A stretch of DNA of 64,000 nt from Myxococcota bacterium. GTDB taxonomy: Bacteria; Myxococcota_A; UBA9160; UBA4427. Shown piece by piece: positions 1-9,318 of this stretch. How positions within the stretch are numbered: the stretch's first letter is position 1; each line of letters begins with the position of its first letter. Made by a program: the position numbers and the translations under genes. A model generated the notes under the pieces. It searched no databases. It had not been told where the DNA came from and worked only from the letters and a program-made list of their open reading frames with translations. Location: assembly GCA_965250285.1 (NCBI GenBank), contig OZ252299.1:928001-992000 (forward strand). Reading direction: 5' to 3'.

Positions 1-1
1 G

Positions 2-49
2 CGGGCCGAGATCGGGCGTCCGCCCGAGCAGGTGCTCGATCTGTTCTGA
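2..49 (+). CDS. arsC: 3' end of ArsC-family (arsenate reductase/Spx-like) protein, truncated by window edge
   Basis: Frame 2 reads RAEIGRPPEQVLDLF-stop (TGA 47-49), matching the typical ArsC C-terminal GRPPExVLxxL motif; only 15 residues are visible. Confidence 0.6.
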   Translation, partial: RAEIGRPPEQVLDLF

Positions 50-103
50 ATCCCGCGCGACCCACCGGAGAGTTCCCTCAGCGCCCTGTGATAGCCTGAA
101 GAC

Positions 104-778
104 GTGAGCGACGACGTGAGCACCACTGAGACCCTCGACAGACCCGATGCCAACGGGGCCGGCCGCGGCCCGCGCGGCGACCGACCGCCGCCGCCCGACG
201 CCGAGCTGCTCGCCCGGTTGCGGGCGGGCGAAGAGGCCGCTTTCGAGGAGCTGGTCCGCGAGAACACGGGGCGCATGCTCGCCGTGGCGCGACGGTTTCT
301 GCCGTCGGACGACGACGCGCAGGATGCGGTGCAGGAAGCCTTCGCCTCGGCGTTCCGCGCGTTGCCGCGCTTCGAGGGGGGCTCCCGCCTGTCGACGTGG
401 CTGCATCGCATCACCGTCAATGCCTGCCTGATGAAGCTGCGCACCCGGCGCCGCAAGCCCGAAGAGTCGATCGACAACCTGCTGCCCGGCTTCCTCGAGG
501 ACGGTCACGCCGAGAAGTCGACGCCCGTGTGGCGGCAGAGCGCCGATGAGCTGATCGAGCGCGCAGAGAACCGGCAGCGCGTGCGCGAGGCGATCGACCA
601 GTTGCCCGACTCGTACCGCACCGTTTTGCTGCTGCGTGACATCGAAGAGTTCGACACCGAAACCACGGCGAAGGAGCTCGGGATCACCGTGGCCGCCGTG
701 AAGACGCGCCTACACCGTGCCCGCATGGCGCTCAAGACCCTGCTCGATGAAGCGTTCTCGAGGGATGCCCAGGCATGA
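104..778 (+). CDS. ECF sigma-70 family RNA polymerase sigma factor
   Basis: Region 2 (DAQDAVQEAF, LSTWLHRITVN) and region 4 (LPDSYRTVLLLRDIEE, AVKTRLHRAR); GTG start preceded by TAGCCT 6 nt upstream. Confidence 0.95.
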   Translation: MSDDVSTTETLDRPDANGAGRGPRGDRPPPPDAELLARLRAGEEAAFEELVRENTGRMLAVARRFLPSDDDAQDAVQEAFASAFRALPRFEGGSRLSTWLHRITVNACLMKLRTRRRKPEESIDNLLPGFLEDGHAEKSTPVWRQSADELIERAENRQRVREAIDQLPDSYRTVLLLRDIEEFDTETTAKELGITVAAVKTRLHRARMALKTLLDEAFSRDAQA

Positions 779-1020
779 TGAAGTGCAAGGAGTTCAACGA
801 GTTTCTGGGGGAATACCTCGAAGGGGGGCTCGACGAGGCGACCCGCAAGACCTTCGAGGCGCATCTCCAGATCTGCCCCCCCTGCTACGGCTACCTCGAC
901 TCGTACAAAGACGTCGTGAAGGTCGGCAAAGCGTGCTGCAACGAGGCCGACGGCTCGCTCCCCGATGACGTCCCCCAGTCGCTCGTCGACGCGATCCTGG
1001 CGGCCCGCAAGGCCAGCTGA
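775..1020 (+). CDS. Soluble zf-HC2 (ZAS) anti-sigma factor
   Basis: HLQICPPC = HxxxCxxC motif; overlaps the sigma stop (ATGA); 81 aa with no TM segment. Confidence 0.9.
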   Translation: MMKCKEFNEFLGEYLEGGLDEATRKTFEAHLQICPPCYGYLDSYKDVVKVGKACCNEADGSLPDDVPQSLVDAILAARKAS

Positions 1021-1245
1021 CGCCCGAGCGGCGCCCGACTCGCTCGCCCCCGCGTCATCGCGCTCGATCTCGAGTCGATCCCGCGTCGAATCCGCCCGCG
1101 GAGCCCCCGCGGTGCGCCCCGCCCCATTCGAATCGCCGCTGCGCGTCATGCCGAAGCCGCCCCCGAAGCCCGCGTCGAGGGCCGCGGCTGCGATAGAATC
1201 CGAGCGCTTCGGGCTCAGGCCCCTCGCCCTCGGAGAAGAACAAGC

Positions 1246-1869
1246 ATGACGCGCGCGCCCGCTACCCACCTTTCTCTCTTGATGCTGGCCGTCGTGTGCC
1301 TCGTCCCGTCGGTCTCGCTCGCCGACGATGACGAAGACTACACACGGTCGGGCTTCTATCTCGAAGGCACGCTCGTGCCTGCGATCCAGCTGTTCGAGGA
1401 CGACCTCCGGCAGCTGATCCAGGACGAGACCGGCGCTTCACCCGATCTCGACTTCCAGCCGGGCTTCGGCCCCAAGCTGATCGCGGGCTACCGGGTCATC
1501 CCGTTCCTCGCGGCGCAGGCCCAGATCTCATGGCTTGGCGCGGGCTTCCGAAGCAACACGAGCGGCGATGACGTCCAGGTGAAGACCTGGAACTTCAGCG
1601 GCGATCTGAAGGCGTATCCGCTGCCCGGCAGGATCGAGCCCTATGCGCTGGTCGGCGTCGGCATGCTCTTCACCGACACGTCCGTGCAGTCGGCGGGTCG
1701 CTCGTTCAGCGACTCGGGTGTGATGGCGCGCTTCGGCGGCGGCGTTGACATGTGGATCAGTGAGTACGTTTGGGTCGGCTTCGGGCTGAACTACGTGATG
1801 CCGCGCGGCGACGTCGAGACGTTCGACTACCTCGAGTTCGACGTCTTCAAGGTCGGCGTCCGCTTCTAG
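1246..1869 (+). CDS. Outer membrane beta-barrel protein (OmpA/OmpW-like 8-strand family)
   Basis: Signal peptide, alternating amphipathic strands, PYALVGVG and RFGGGVD motifs, C-terminal Phe; paralog of 58489 and 59216. Confidence 0.85.
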   Translation: MTRAPATHLSLLMLAVVCLVPSVSLADDDEDYTRSGFYLEGTLVPAIQLFEDDLRQLIQDETGASPDLDFQPGFGPKLIAGYRVIPFLAAQAQISWLGAGFRSNTSGDDVQVKTWNFSGDLKAYPLPGRIEPYALVGVGMLFTDTSVQSAGRSFSDSGVMARFGGGVDMWISEYVWVGFGLNYVMPRGDVETFDYLEFDVFKVGVRF

Positions 1870-1922
1870 CCGACCGGTCCGGGCGTCCTTCGCAGCGCTG
1901 CGACGCTGCGACGTGCAGAGCC

Positions 1923-3002
1923 TCAGTCGAGAGATGCGCCGACCGCCAGCGTTCGATCGACGAGCTCGTCCACCGCGATCTCGCCGAAGCCGGCGAGGCT
2001 GACCGCGACGCGGCCTCGCCACGGCGACGTCCACGCCTCGGGGATCGGTGCGCCCGTCAGGCCGAAGAGCCCGCCCACCGTCGCGCCGTTGCAGTCGGTA
2101 TCCCAGCCCGCGGTGACCGCTTCGCCAATGGCCGCGCCGAAGTCGTGCCCCGCCGAGCACAACGCCCACACGACGACCGCGAGGTTGTTCACTGTGTGCA
2201 CGGGCGACACACCCTCGTAGTGCGCATGCAGGCGCTCGACCGCACTCGGGGCCCCGGCGAGCTCGCGGCCGAGGCGCACCGCGGCCGCGGCCTCGCTGGT
2301 CGCGGGGATCTGCTCGAGTGCGGCGTCGATCGCCGCGTCGAGATCGTCGCTCGCCGGGATCGCCGCGCCGAGCGCGGCCACGAACGCCGCGCCGTGGACG
2401 CCATCGCCGCGGTGCGAGAGCTCGGCGTCGCGGCGCGCGAGCTCGGCGGCGAGGGCGGGGCGACCGGGCGCGACCCAGCCGTAGAGATCGGTGCGGATCT
2501 GCGCGCCGATCCAGTCGTTGTACGGGTTGTCGGCGCAGCGCCCGAGGTCGAAGCCGGGCTCGGCGCCGAATGCGAAGTGCTCGGCGGCCTCGCGCACGAT
2601 CACCTCGTACGCCGCTCGCTCGGCCGTGAACGTCGCGGCGAAGGGCAGCAGCCGAATCCACGCCCGCGCGACGTCGACCGTGGCGAGTTCGGCGCCGTGC
2701 TGCTCGAGCAGCCAGAGCGAGAGCACCGTGTAGTTGATGTCGTCGTCCGGCTCGGCGCGCGTCAGCTGACCCCGGCAGCACGCGCGGCCGAGCGCTTCGA
2801 CCAGGCCACCGCCCGGCGCCTCGGCATCGAGCGGAACGTAGTCGCGCAGGGGCAAGGCGTCGGTCGCCTCGAGATACGCGTCGAGGGCCGCCTTGCCGCG
2901 CGCCATCGAGAGCACCTCGACGGGCTTGCCGAGCTGGCAGCCCGAGATGCGGCCGAGCCAGGCCCGTCGGACGAGGTCGGGGTCGAGGGCAAGCGGCTCC
3001 AT
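1923..3002 (-). CDS. ADP-ribosylglycohydrolase family protein
   Basis: EPDDDINYT and GWDTDCNGAT acidic metal-binding motifs, IGAQIR motif. Confidence 0.85.
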   Translation of the reverse strand: MEPLALDPDLVRRAWLGRISGCQLGKPVEVLSMARGKAALDAYLEATDALPLRDYVPLDAEAPGGGLVEALGRACCRGQLTRAEPDDDINYTVLSLWLLEQHGAELATVDVARAWIRLLPFAATFTAERAAYEVIVREAAEHFAFGAEPGFDLGRCADNPYNDWIGAQIRTDLYGWVAPGRPALAAELARRDAELSHRGDGVHGAAFVAALGAAIPASDDLDAAIDAALEQIPATSEAAAAVRLGRELAGAPSAVERLHAHYEGVSPVHTVNNLAVVVWALCSAGHDFGAAIGEAVTAGWDTDCNGATVGGLFGLTGAPIPEAWTSPWRGRVAVSLAGFGEIAVDELVDRTLAVGASLD

Positions 3003-3044
3003 GCTGCGAGCTTGGCGCGTGCGGACGGCTTCGGCCAGCGCGCA

Positions 3045-4526
3045 TCAGTGGGGCGGATCCTCGCCCTGCGCGAAGGCCAGGCCGAGCAGCAGGTCGAGCC
3101 CTGCGCGGAGCACGGCGGGCATGACCGAGCCGTGGAAGGCCCCCGCGTAGGATTCGGCGAGTCGAGCATCCTGCGCATCGAACATGTCGCGCGTGTAGAG
3201 CCGGCCGTCCTGGACGACCGCCACGAGCGAGTCGAGCGCCGCGAGATCGACGGTCGGGTCTTCGCGGTAGATCGCGAGGTCGGCCGGCGCGCCCGGCCGA
3301 AGCCGGCCGAGGCCGGGCACGGGCAGCGCCTCGGCGTTGCCCCGGGTGGCGATCGCGAGCGCTTCCTCGGTGGTGAGCCCGCCCGAGACCAGCAGCGCGA
3401 GCTCTTCGTGCAGGCTTACCCCGGGCACGATGGGCGGCGCGAACGTGTCGGTGCCCGCGCGCAGCCGCACGCCGGCCGCGTGGAGCTTCGGGACCGCCTC
3501 GGCGAGGTTGCGGTTCACGCGACCCAGCTTCACGAGCTCTTCGTCGGTCATGCGGTTCGCGGGGTTGATGCCGCCGGGCACGCGCCAGAGCGCATCGGCG
3601 TACCAGGGGGGCAGCCAGCGGCGCATCGGGTCGTCGGGGTTGCGTGAGATCTCGCGGGCTCGGCTCATGCGGTCGCGCGTCACGAGCGTGGTCGTCATCG
3701 CCGCGTCGTCGCGCAGCAACGCCTCGATCACTTGGTCGACCCGCTCGTCGGGCAGCACGAGTCGGTCGTCGAGATCGCCGAAGGGGTCGGCGCTGGTGCG
3801 CGCATGAAAGCCGAACTGGTGCTGCACGTCGTCGAGACGAGCCTCTTCGAGGCTCAGACGCCAGGGCACGTGGCCGATCACCGGCAGGCCGTGCTCGGCC
3901 GCCGCCTCGCGAATCGCGCCGAGGGTCGTGGCGTCGAGCTCGTTGTAGGCCTTCACGCAGTCGTAGCCGGCGGCGGCGACCTCTTCGACGGCGGTCCGGG
4001 CCTCTTCGGCGGTGGTGACGACGATCGCGCTGGCAAAGACCGGGTTCGGCCCATCGATGAATCGCCCGCACGTCGACACGCGCGGCCCGGCAAACGTGCC
4101 GGCTTCGATCTGGTCGTTCGCCCAGCTCGACGTGCCCGGCGCCACGTCCGCGGGCACCCGGATGCCGGTCACGCCGTGGCGCAGGAAGAGATAGGCCCAG
4201 AGCTCGACCTGACCGGGCAGCCAGCTCGGCGGGAAGTGGGCGTGCGCATCGACGAGGCCCGGCAGGACGAACATCCCGGCGAACTCGCTGCTGTCCTCGG
4301 CGCCGGCGATCTCACGAATCTCGCTGCCCTCGACGACCAGCCTTCGATGGGGGGCGCGAGAGAGACCCGGCTCGACGAGCACGACGTCGTCGAGCACCAG
4401 TCGGTGGCGCTCGGGGGCGCCGAGCGGCGCGGGCTGAGCGAGGCCGCGCACGAAGACCCAGGCCCCGATCGCCCCGAGCAAGACGAGTACGATCGCGCCA
4501 CTGATCAGCGCGCGCACGACCTTCAC
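3045..4526 (-). CDS. Membrane-anchored amidohydrolase family protein
   Basis: PGLVDAHAH metal motif, VIGH, AGTD, GRLRPGAPADL; N-terminal TM helix. Start moved to GTG 4526 to avoid overlapping the upstream gene. Confidence 0.85.
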   Translation of the reverse strand: MKVVRALISGAIVLVLLGAIGAWVFVRGLAQPAPLGAPERHRLVLDDVVLVEPGLSRAPHRRLVVEGSEIREIAGAEDSSEFAGMFVLPGLVDAHAHFPPSWLPGQVELWAYLFLRHGVTGIRVPADVAPGTSSWANDQIEAGTFAGPRVSTCGRFIDGPNPVFASAIVVTTAEEARTAVEEVAAAGYDCVKAYNELDATTLGAIREAAAEHGLPVIGHVPWRLSLEEARLDDVQHQFGFHARTSADPFGDLDDRLVLPDERVDQVIEALLRDDAAMTTTLVTRDRMSRAREISRNPDDPMRRWLPPWYADALWRVPGGINPANRMTDEELVKLGRVNRNLAEAVPKLHAAGVRLRAGTDTFAPPIVPGVSLHEELALLVSGGLTTEEALAIATRGNAEALPVPGLGRLRPGAPADLAIYREDPTVDLAALDSLVAVVQDGRLYTRDMFDAQDARLAESYAGAFHGSVMPAVLRAGLDLLLGLAFAQGEDPPH

Positions 4527-4554
4527 GACGGGGTTCCCGGCTCGCGCGGCTGGA

Positions 4555-5466
4555 TCAGCGCGCCGCGGTCTCGAAATGGGCGAGGGCGGCGCGGGCGACG
4601 GGCTCACCCCACTCTTGCACGAAGTGTCCGGCCTCGGGCAGGAGCATCGGCTCGGGGCAGCCCCGGATCGACTTCTGCAGCTCGCGCATCACGGGCTCGC
4701 CGAGCACCACGTCGCGCAGCCCCACCGCCATGAAGCTCGGGCCGTCGAACTCGCTGCTCCAGAACGCGCGCGCGCGCTCGCCGTGCTCGATCCCCGCCAT
4801 CCCGGGCTCGACGGGGACGAGCTGCGGAAAGCGGCGAACGCCGGCCTTGTAGCGGTCGTCGGGATAGGGTGCGTCGTAGGCGAGTGCGTCCATCAGATTG
4901 AACTCGCCCTGGGCGTCGCTCGCGATCAGGCCCGCGACCGGAATCTCGGGGGCGATGGCCGCGAAGCCCTTCCACGCAGCGAACCCGTCCGAGATCGGCT
5001 GACCGATCGGCATGCCGGTGTTCATCACGATCAGCCGGGCGAAGCGACCGGGCAGGTCGGGCGGCAGCGAGAGGCCGAGGATCCCGCCCCAGTCCTGACA
5101 GACGAGCGTGATGCGCTGCAGATCGAGCCGTTCGACGAGGCGCAGCAGGCTGTCGCGATGAAAGTCGAACGTGTAGACCGCGTCGTCGACGGGCTTGTCG
5201 GATCGCCCGAAGCCGAAGAGATCGGGCACGACCACGCGCGCCCCACTCTCGAGGAAGGCCGGCATCATCTTTCGATAGAGATAGCCCCAGGTCGGCTCGC
5301 CGTGAATACACAAGAAAGTGTGCTCTGCGTCGCTTGGGCCCTCGTCGACCCGGGCCATGCGCAGGCCCTCGTAGCCGGCGAGGTCGTCGACGTAGTGCGG
5401 CGCGTACGGGTAGCCCGGCAGCACGGCGAAGCGTTCATCGGGGGTGCGGAGCGACTCGATGGGCAT
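4555..5466 (-). CDS. Haloalkane dehalogenase (alpha/beta hydrolase)
   Basis: HGEPTWGYLYRKM, GFGRSDKP, nucleophile QDWGG, catalytic GHFVQE; SD GAGGAG. Confidence 0.92.
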   Translation of the reverse strand: MPIESLRTPDERFAVLPGYPYAPHYVDDLAGYEGLRMARVDEGPSDAEHTFLCIHGEPTWGYLYRKMMPAFLESGARVVVPDLFGFGRSDKPVDDAVYTFDFHRDSLLRLVERLDLQRITLVCQDWGGILGLSLPPDLPGRFARLIVMNTGMPIGQPISDGFAAWKGFAAIAPEIPVAGLIASDAQGEFNLMDALAYDAPYPDDRYKAGVRRFPQLVPVEPGMAGIEHGERARAFWSSEFDGPSFMAVGLRDVVLGEPVMRELQKSIRGCPEPMLLPEAGHFVQEWGEPVARAALAHFETAAR

Positions 5467-5563
5467 GCGATCTCCTCTGCGAGAACGCGACGCTAGCGAA
5501 CGCGGCGCGCCGCCGCGTTCGGCGAAGATCGGCGTGCGTGTTGCCGGTTTCGGCGCCGGTGCA

Positions 5564-7081
5564 TCATCGCCGCCACCGCATGAAGCGCTCGAGCAGGCGC
5601 TTGGTCTGGGGCGTCAGCCGCGCGCGGACGTGCTGAGCGGCGGCGCCGCGGATCGCGTCGGCCTGGGTCGGGTAGGGGTGGATGACGTTCGCGAGCGTGC
5701 CGAGCTGCACCTTGCCCGCCATGGCGACCGAGATCTCGCTGATCAGGTCGCCGGCCTTCTCGGCGACGATCGTCGCGCCGACGATCTCGCCCTTGCCCTT
5801 CTTGGTGTGGATCTTCACGAAGCCTTCGTCGCGGCCCTCCGCGATGGCGCGGTCGACGTCTTCGAGGGGCTGCACCCAGGTGTCGACCTCGATGCCGCGC
5901 GCCTCGGCCTCGTGGGCGTAGAGACCGACGTGGGCGATCTCGGGCTCGGTGTAGGTGCACCACGGCATGTTGAGCGCCGAGAGCTTTCGGCGACCGAGCG
6001 AACCGACGGCAAAGAGCGCGTTCTGGATCACGATGCGGGCGGCGTGGTCGGCGGCGTGGGTGAACTTCCAGTTCATGCACACGTCGCCCGCTGCGAAGAT
6101 GCGCCGGTTCGTCGTGCGCAGGTGGTCGTCGACATGCACGCCGCGCCGCTCGTCGTACTCGACGCCGACCTGGTCGAGCCCGACGCCCGCGACGTTGGGG
6201 ATGCGACCGAGGGCGACGAGCACGCGGTCGAAGACGAGCTTCTCCTGCTGGCCCCCGCGCTCGAGTACGGCCGTGTGTTGCCCCCCCGACGATTCGATGC
6301 GCACGACCTCGGTCTCGAGCCGCACCTCGACCCCATCGCGTTCGAGTGAAGCGAGCAGCACCTCGGCGGCATCGGGGTCTTCGCGCACCAGAAACTGCGG
6401 TGCCCGCTCGACGATCGTGACGCGGCTGCCGAGGCGCCGGAACGCCTGGCTGAGCTCGCACCCGATGGGGCCGCCGCCGATCACGAGCAGGTGCTCGGGC
6501 TGCTCGACGAGGTCGAACACGTTCTCGTTGGTCAGGGGCTCCGCCTCGGCGAGCCCGGGGATCGGGGGCAGGACCGGTCGCGCGCCCGTGGCGATGACGG
6601 CCTTTGCGTACTCGAGGGTCTGGCCCCCGACTTCGATGGTGCCGTCGCCGGTGAAGTGTGCCTCGCCCAAGTAGACGTCGACCCCGAGCTCGTTGGTGTA
6701 GCGGTCGGCCGAGTCGACGGGCGAGATGCGCGCACGAACCCGGCGCAGCCGCTGCATCACCTCGGCGAACTCGACCCGCACGCCGCCGTCGACGTAGACA
6801 CCGAGGTCGCGGGCACGCAGGGCATCGCTCGCCGCATGGCCCGCTCGCAGCAGGGCCTTCGAGGGTACGCAGCCGACGTTCAGGCAATCGCCGCCAAGGT
6901 GCGTTCGCTCGATCAACGCGACCTTGGCGCCGAGCCCGGCCGACCCGGCCGCGCAGATCAAACCGGCCGTGCCGGCCCCGATCACGACCAGGTTGTAGCG
7001 GCCTTCGGGCGTCGGGTTCGACCAGTCGCTCGGATGGACGTTCGAGAGCAGATCCTGATCAGCGGGATCATCCGTTCGCAT
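5564..7081 (-). CDS. Pyridine nucleotide-disulfide oxidoreductase (MerA/LpdA-like, lacks the MerA C-terminal Cys pair)
   Basis: GAGTAG, redox GGDCLNVGCVPSK, GGGPIG, HPYPT; ATG 7081 follows SD AGGAGG. Confidence 0.9.
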   Translation of the reverse strand: MRTDDPADQDLLSNVHPSDWSNPTPEGRYNLVVIGAGTAGLICAAGSAGLGAKVALIERTHLGGDCLNVGCVPSKALLRAGHAASDALRARDLGVYVDGGVRVEFAEVMQRLRRVRARISPVDSADRYTNELGVDVYLGEAHFTGDGTIEVGGQTLEYAKAVIATGARPVLPPIPGLAEAEPLTNENVFDLVEQPEHLLVIGGGPIGCELSQAFRRLGSRVTIVERAPQFLVREDPDAAEVLLASLERDGVEVRLETEVVRIESSGGQHTAVLERGGQQEKLVFDRVLVALGRIPNVAGVGLDQVGVEYDERRGVHVDDHLRTTNRRIFAAGDVCMNWKFTHAADHAARIVIQNALFAVGSLGRRKLSALNMPWCTYTEPEIAHVGLYAHEAEARGIEVDTWVQPLEDVDRAIAEGRDEGFVKIHTKKGKGEIVGATIVAEKAGDLISEISVAMAGKVQLGTLANVIHPYPTQADAIRGAAAQHVRARLTPQTKRLLERFMRWRR

Positions 7082-7859
7082 CGGCGTCCTCCTGATGTGT
7101 GCCATCGGCCGGGGCCGCGTCGTCGTCGAGCTCCTGCAGCGCCGCCCGGGCCCGTCGTGTCACGACGATCGTGACCCCGATCGTCGCCGCGAGCCCGAGC
7201 AGCAGCAGCAGCCACTCGACGACACCCCGCTCCTGAGGCACGCCGCTCGCGAGCTGGGCGAGGTCACCCGCCACTTTGCCGTAGTAGACATAGAGCAGCG
7301 TGCCGGGCAGCATGCCGAAGCCCGCCAGCATGTAGTCGCGAAAGCGCACCGACGTGAGGCCGAGCGCATAGTTGAGCAGCGAGAAGGGGAAGATCGGCGA
7401 CAGTCGCAGCAGGAAGACCATACGCAGCCCGTCGCGGCCCACGGCGCGGTCGACGGCCGCGAAGCGCTCGTATCTCGCGATGCGGTCTTCGACGGCCCCG
7501 CGCGCGAGATACCGGCCGATCAGGAAGGCCGCGCCCGAGCCGAGCATCGCGCCCGCGAACACCCAGGCGGTGCCTTCGACGAGGCCGAAGAGGGCGCCGC
7601 CGGCCAGGGTGATGATCGAACCCGGCAAGACGAGCACCGTCGAGACGGTGTAGATCACGATGTAGGCAATCGGGCCCCAGGCGCCGAGCCCCTCGACCCA
7701 GGCGAAGAGCTGCGGGAGCGCCTCGCCCAGACGCGGGGCCAAGAGCGCCAGCACTGCGACCACGCCGGCAATGCCGACCCAGCGGATCCAGCCCGGGCGC
7801 CCGTTGGGTGCTTCGATGGCTTCGCTCTCGATGGCTCCGTCAGGCAAGTGCACCTCCAC
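7068..7859 (-). CDS. TVP38/TMEM64 (DedA/VTT) family membrane protein
   Basis: LPGSIITLAGGALFG, RLSPIFPFSLLNYALG and GMLPGT motifs; start may instead be TTG 7847. Confidence 0.92.
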   Translation of the reverse strand: MEVHLPDGAIESEAIEAPNGRPGWIRWVGIAGVVAVLALLAPRLGEALPQLFAWVEGLGAWGPIAYIVIYTVSTVLVLPGSIITLAGGALFGLVEGTAWVFAGAMLGSGAAFLIGRYLARGAVEDRIARYERFAAVDRAVGRDGLRMVFLLRLSPIFPFSLLNYALGLTSVRFRDYMLAGFGMLPGTLLYVYYGKVAGDLAQLASGVPQERGVVEWLLLLLGLAATIGVTIVVTRRARAALQELDDDAAPADGTHQEDADANG

Positions 7860-8874
7860 AGCTCGATCCGGCCCCGGCCGTGCAACCGAAGCAGTGGGCG
7901 GCGGTCGAGATCGCCGCGCCCGCCAGCGCGTCGAAGCACTCGAGATCGTCGATGGTGCGCGCGCCGTCCGCCGGCGTGAGGTCGAGCGCCTGGTTGAAAT
8001 CGCAGTCGAAGACGCGCCCGGCGTGATCGATGCTCACGAGGCTGCGACACATGAGCGCGTCGACGGTCGCGGGGTTGAAGTGGTCGACCAGCAGGGTCAT
8101 GTAGGCCTCGAGCTCGCCGTCGCGCAGCAGCGCGTGCGCGAAACGCTTGATCGGCATGTTGGTGATCGTGAGCAGCGTGTCGAATTCGATGCCGAACGCT
8201 TCGCGCAGGACCCGGCGGTAGTCGCGCTCGAGCGTCGCCTGGGCGGGTGGCAAGTGCGGGCCGACCGGGTTGTAGACGAGGTCGAGGCGGCCGCCGCGGG
8301 CGTCGTCGGCCCGGCCCACCCCCAGCGCATTCAGCTGTTGCAGCGCCTCGATGCTGGCGTCGAACACGCCCCGGCCGCGCTGGGCCTCGACGTTTTCGGC
8401 GCCGTAGCAGGGCAGCGAAGCGATCACGTCGACACCTTGATCGGCCAGGAACGCCGCCGTGTCTTCCTGTCCGCGTTCGAAGAGCACGGTCAGGTTGCAG
8501 CGATCGATCACCCGGCGCCCGAGCGCGCGGGCCCGCTCGACGAGCCAGCGAAATTCGGGATGCAGCTCGGGCGCCCCGCCGGTGAGATCGAGGGTCGTGA
8601 CCGTCGGCGATCGCTCGATCAGCCACGCGACCCGCTCGACGCCCGCGCGCGAGAGCGCCTCGGTGCGAAGCGGCCCGCTCTCGACGTGGCAGTGGTGGCA
8701 GGCGAGGTTGCACTTCAGGCCGAGGTTCACCTGCACCGTCGTGACGGCGCCGCGGCGCAGCGGGGCCTGGCCCTCGGCGCGCAACCGGGCATCGAAATCG
8801 GCCGAATGTGCAACGGCGTCGGCTTCGTTGCCGAGGCGGTCGCGCGGGGGCAGCTCGGGTGTGGCCTGGCTCAC
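7840..8874 (-). CDS. arsS: Arsenosugar-biosynthesis-type radical SAM protein ArsS (Cys form)
   Basis: CNLACHHCH radical SAM motif, DLTGGAPE, ITNMPIKRF, DCDFNQ and the diagnostic C-terminal HCFGCTAGAGSSCGG (TGT Cys, not Sec). Confidence 0.9.
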   Translation of the reverse strand: MSQATPELPPRDRLGNEADAVAHSADFDARLRAEGQAPLRRGAVTTVQVNLGLKCNLACHHCHVESGPLRTEALSRAGVERVAWLIERSPTVTTLDLTGGAPELHPEFRWLVERARALGRRVIDRCNLTVLFERGQEDTAAFLADQGVDVIASLPCYGAENVEAQRGRGVFDASIEALQQLNALGVGRADDARGGRLDLVYNPVGPHLPPAQATLERDYRRVLREAFGIEFDTLLTITNMPIKRFAHALLRDGELEAYMTLLVDHFNPATVDALMCRSLVSIDHAGRVFDCDFNQALDLTPADGARTIDDLECFDALAGAAISTAAHCFGCTAGAGSSCGGALA

Positions 8875-9318
8875 TGGGGTCTCGCGCCTCTTCGTTCGGG
8901 GCCGCTCATTCGGGGGCCGGCGCCGTGTGCGCTCGCCCGTTCTCTCGGGGGCCTACGGTAGCGCTGCGCCCTTGGTTTCCTTGAAATGCAGGGCAATCGC
9001 ACGAGCCTCGGGGAGTGGGTTTTGGCCCCGCCCGGGGCTCGATGGAGCGTGAGAAGCCCTTCGCTATGCTGCCGCCTGCGGCCGCGTCGCTCGGGCTCCC
9101 CGAAGCGCCGGCCGCCTTCGCATCCGTGCTCATCCGCGACCGATCCCCCCAAGCCGGGCGGTGATCCTCGCCCCGAGCCCGGTCGATTCGCGAGTCAATG
9201 GCATGACCGAACGGTCGACGGGCGAGCGCCCCGGCCGGCGGTCCCCCGACCCGGGTGACGGGCGGGTGCCGAGACGGGTCCATCCGCGAGCGCGGGACCC
9301 GACAGGAGTGGAAAGAAC

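Noticed and set aside
1528..4071. Very long Arg/Pro/Ala-rich ORFs (e.g. 1528-4071, 26274-29000, 56804-58684, 5' part of 56887-59109)
   Set aside because: Off-frame or antisense shadows of real genes, caused by high GC and few stop codons; no recognisable motifs.
1923..5466. Treating the dehalogenase, amidohydrolase and ADP-ribosylglycohydrolase as part of the arsS operon
   Set aside because: A 97-bp gap with its own -10-like TAGCGT and SD precedes the dehalogenase, and the last gene has its own leaderless-type hexamer, so co-transcription is unsupported.
5564..7081. Annotation as mercuric reductase MerA
   Set aside because: No C-terminal Cys-Cys pair, no NmerA domain and no merR/T/P genes nearby.
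7840..7870. Selenocysteine in the ArsS tail
   Set aside because: The codon is TGT (Cys); the only TGA is the true stop.
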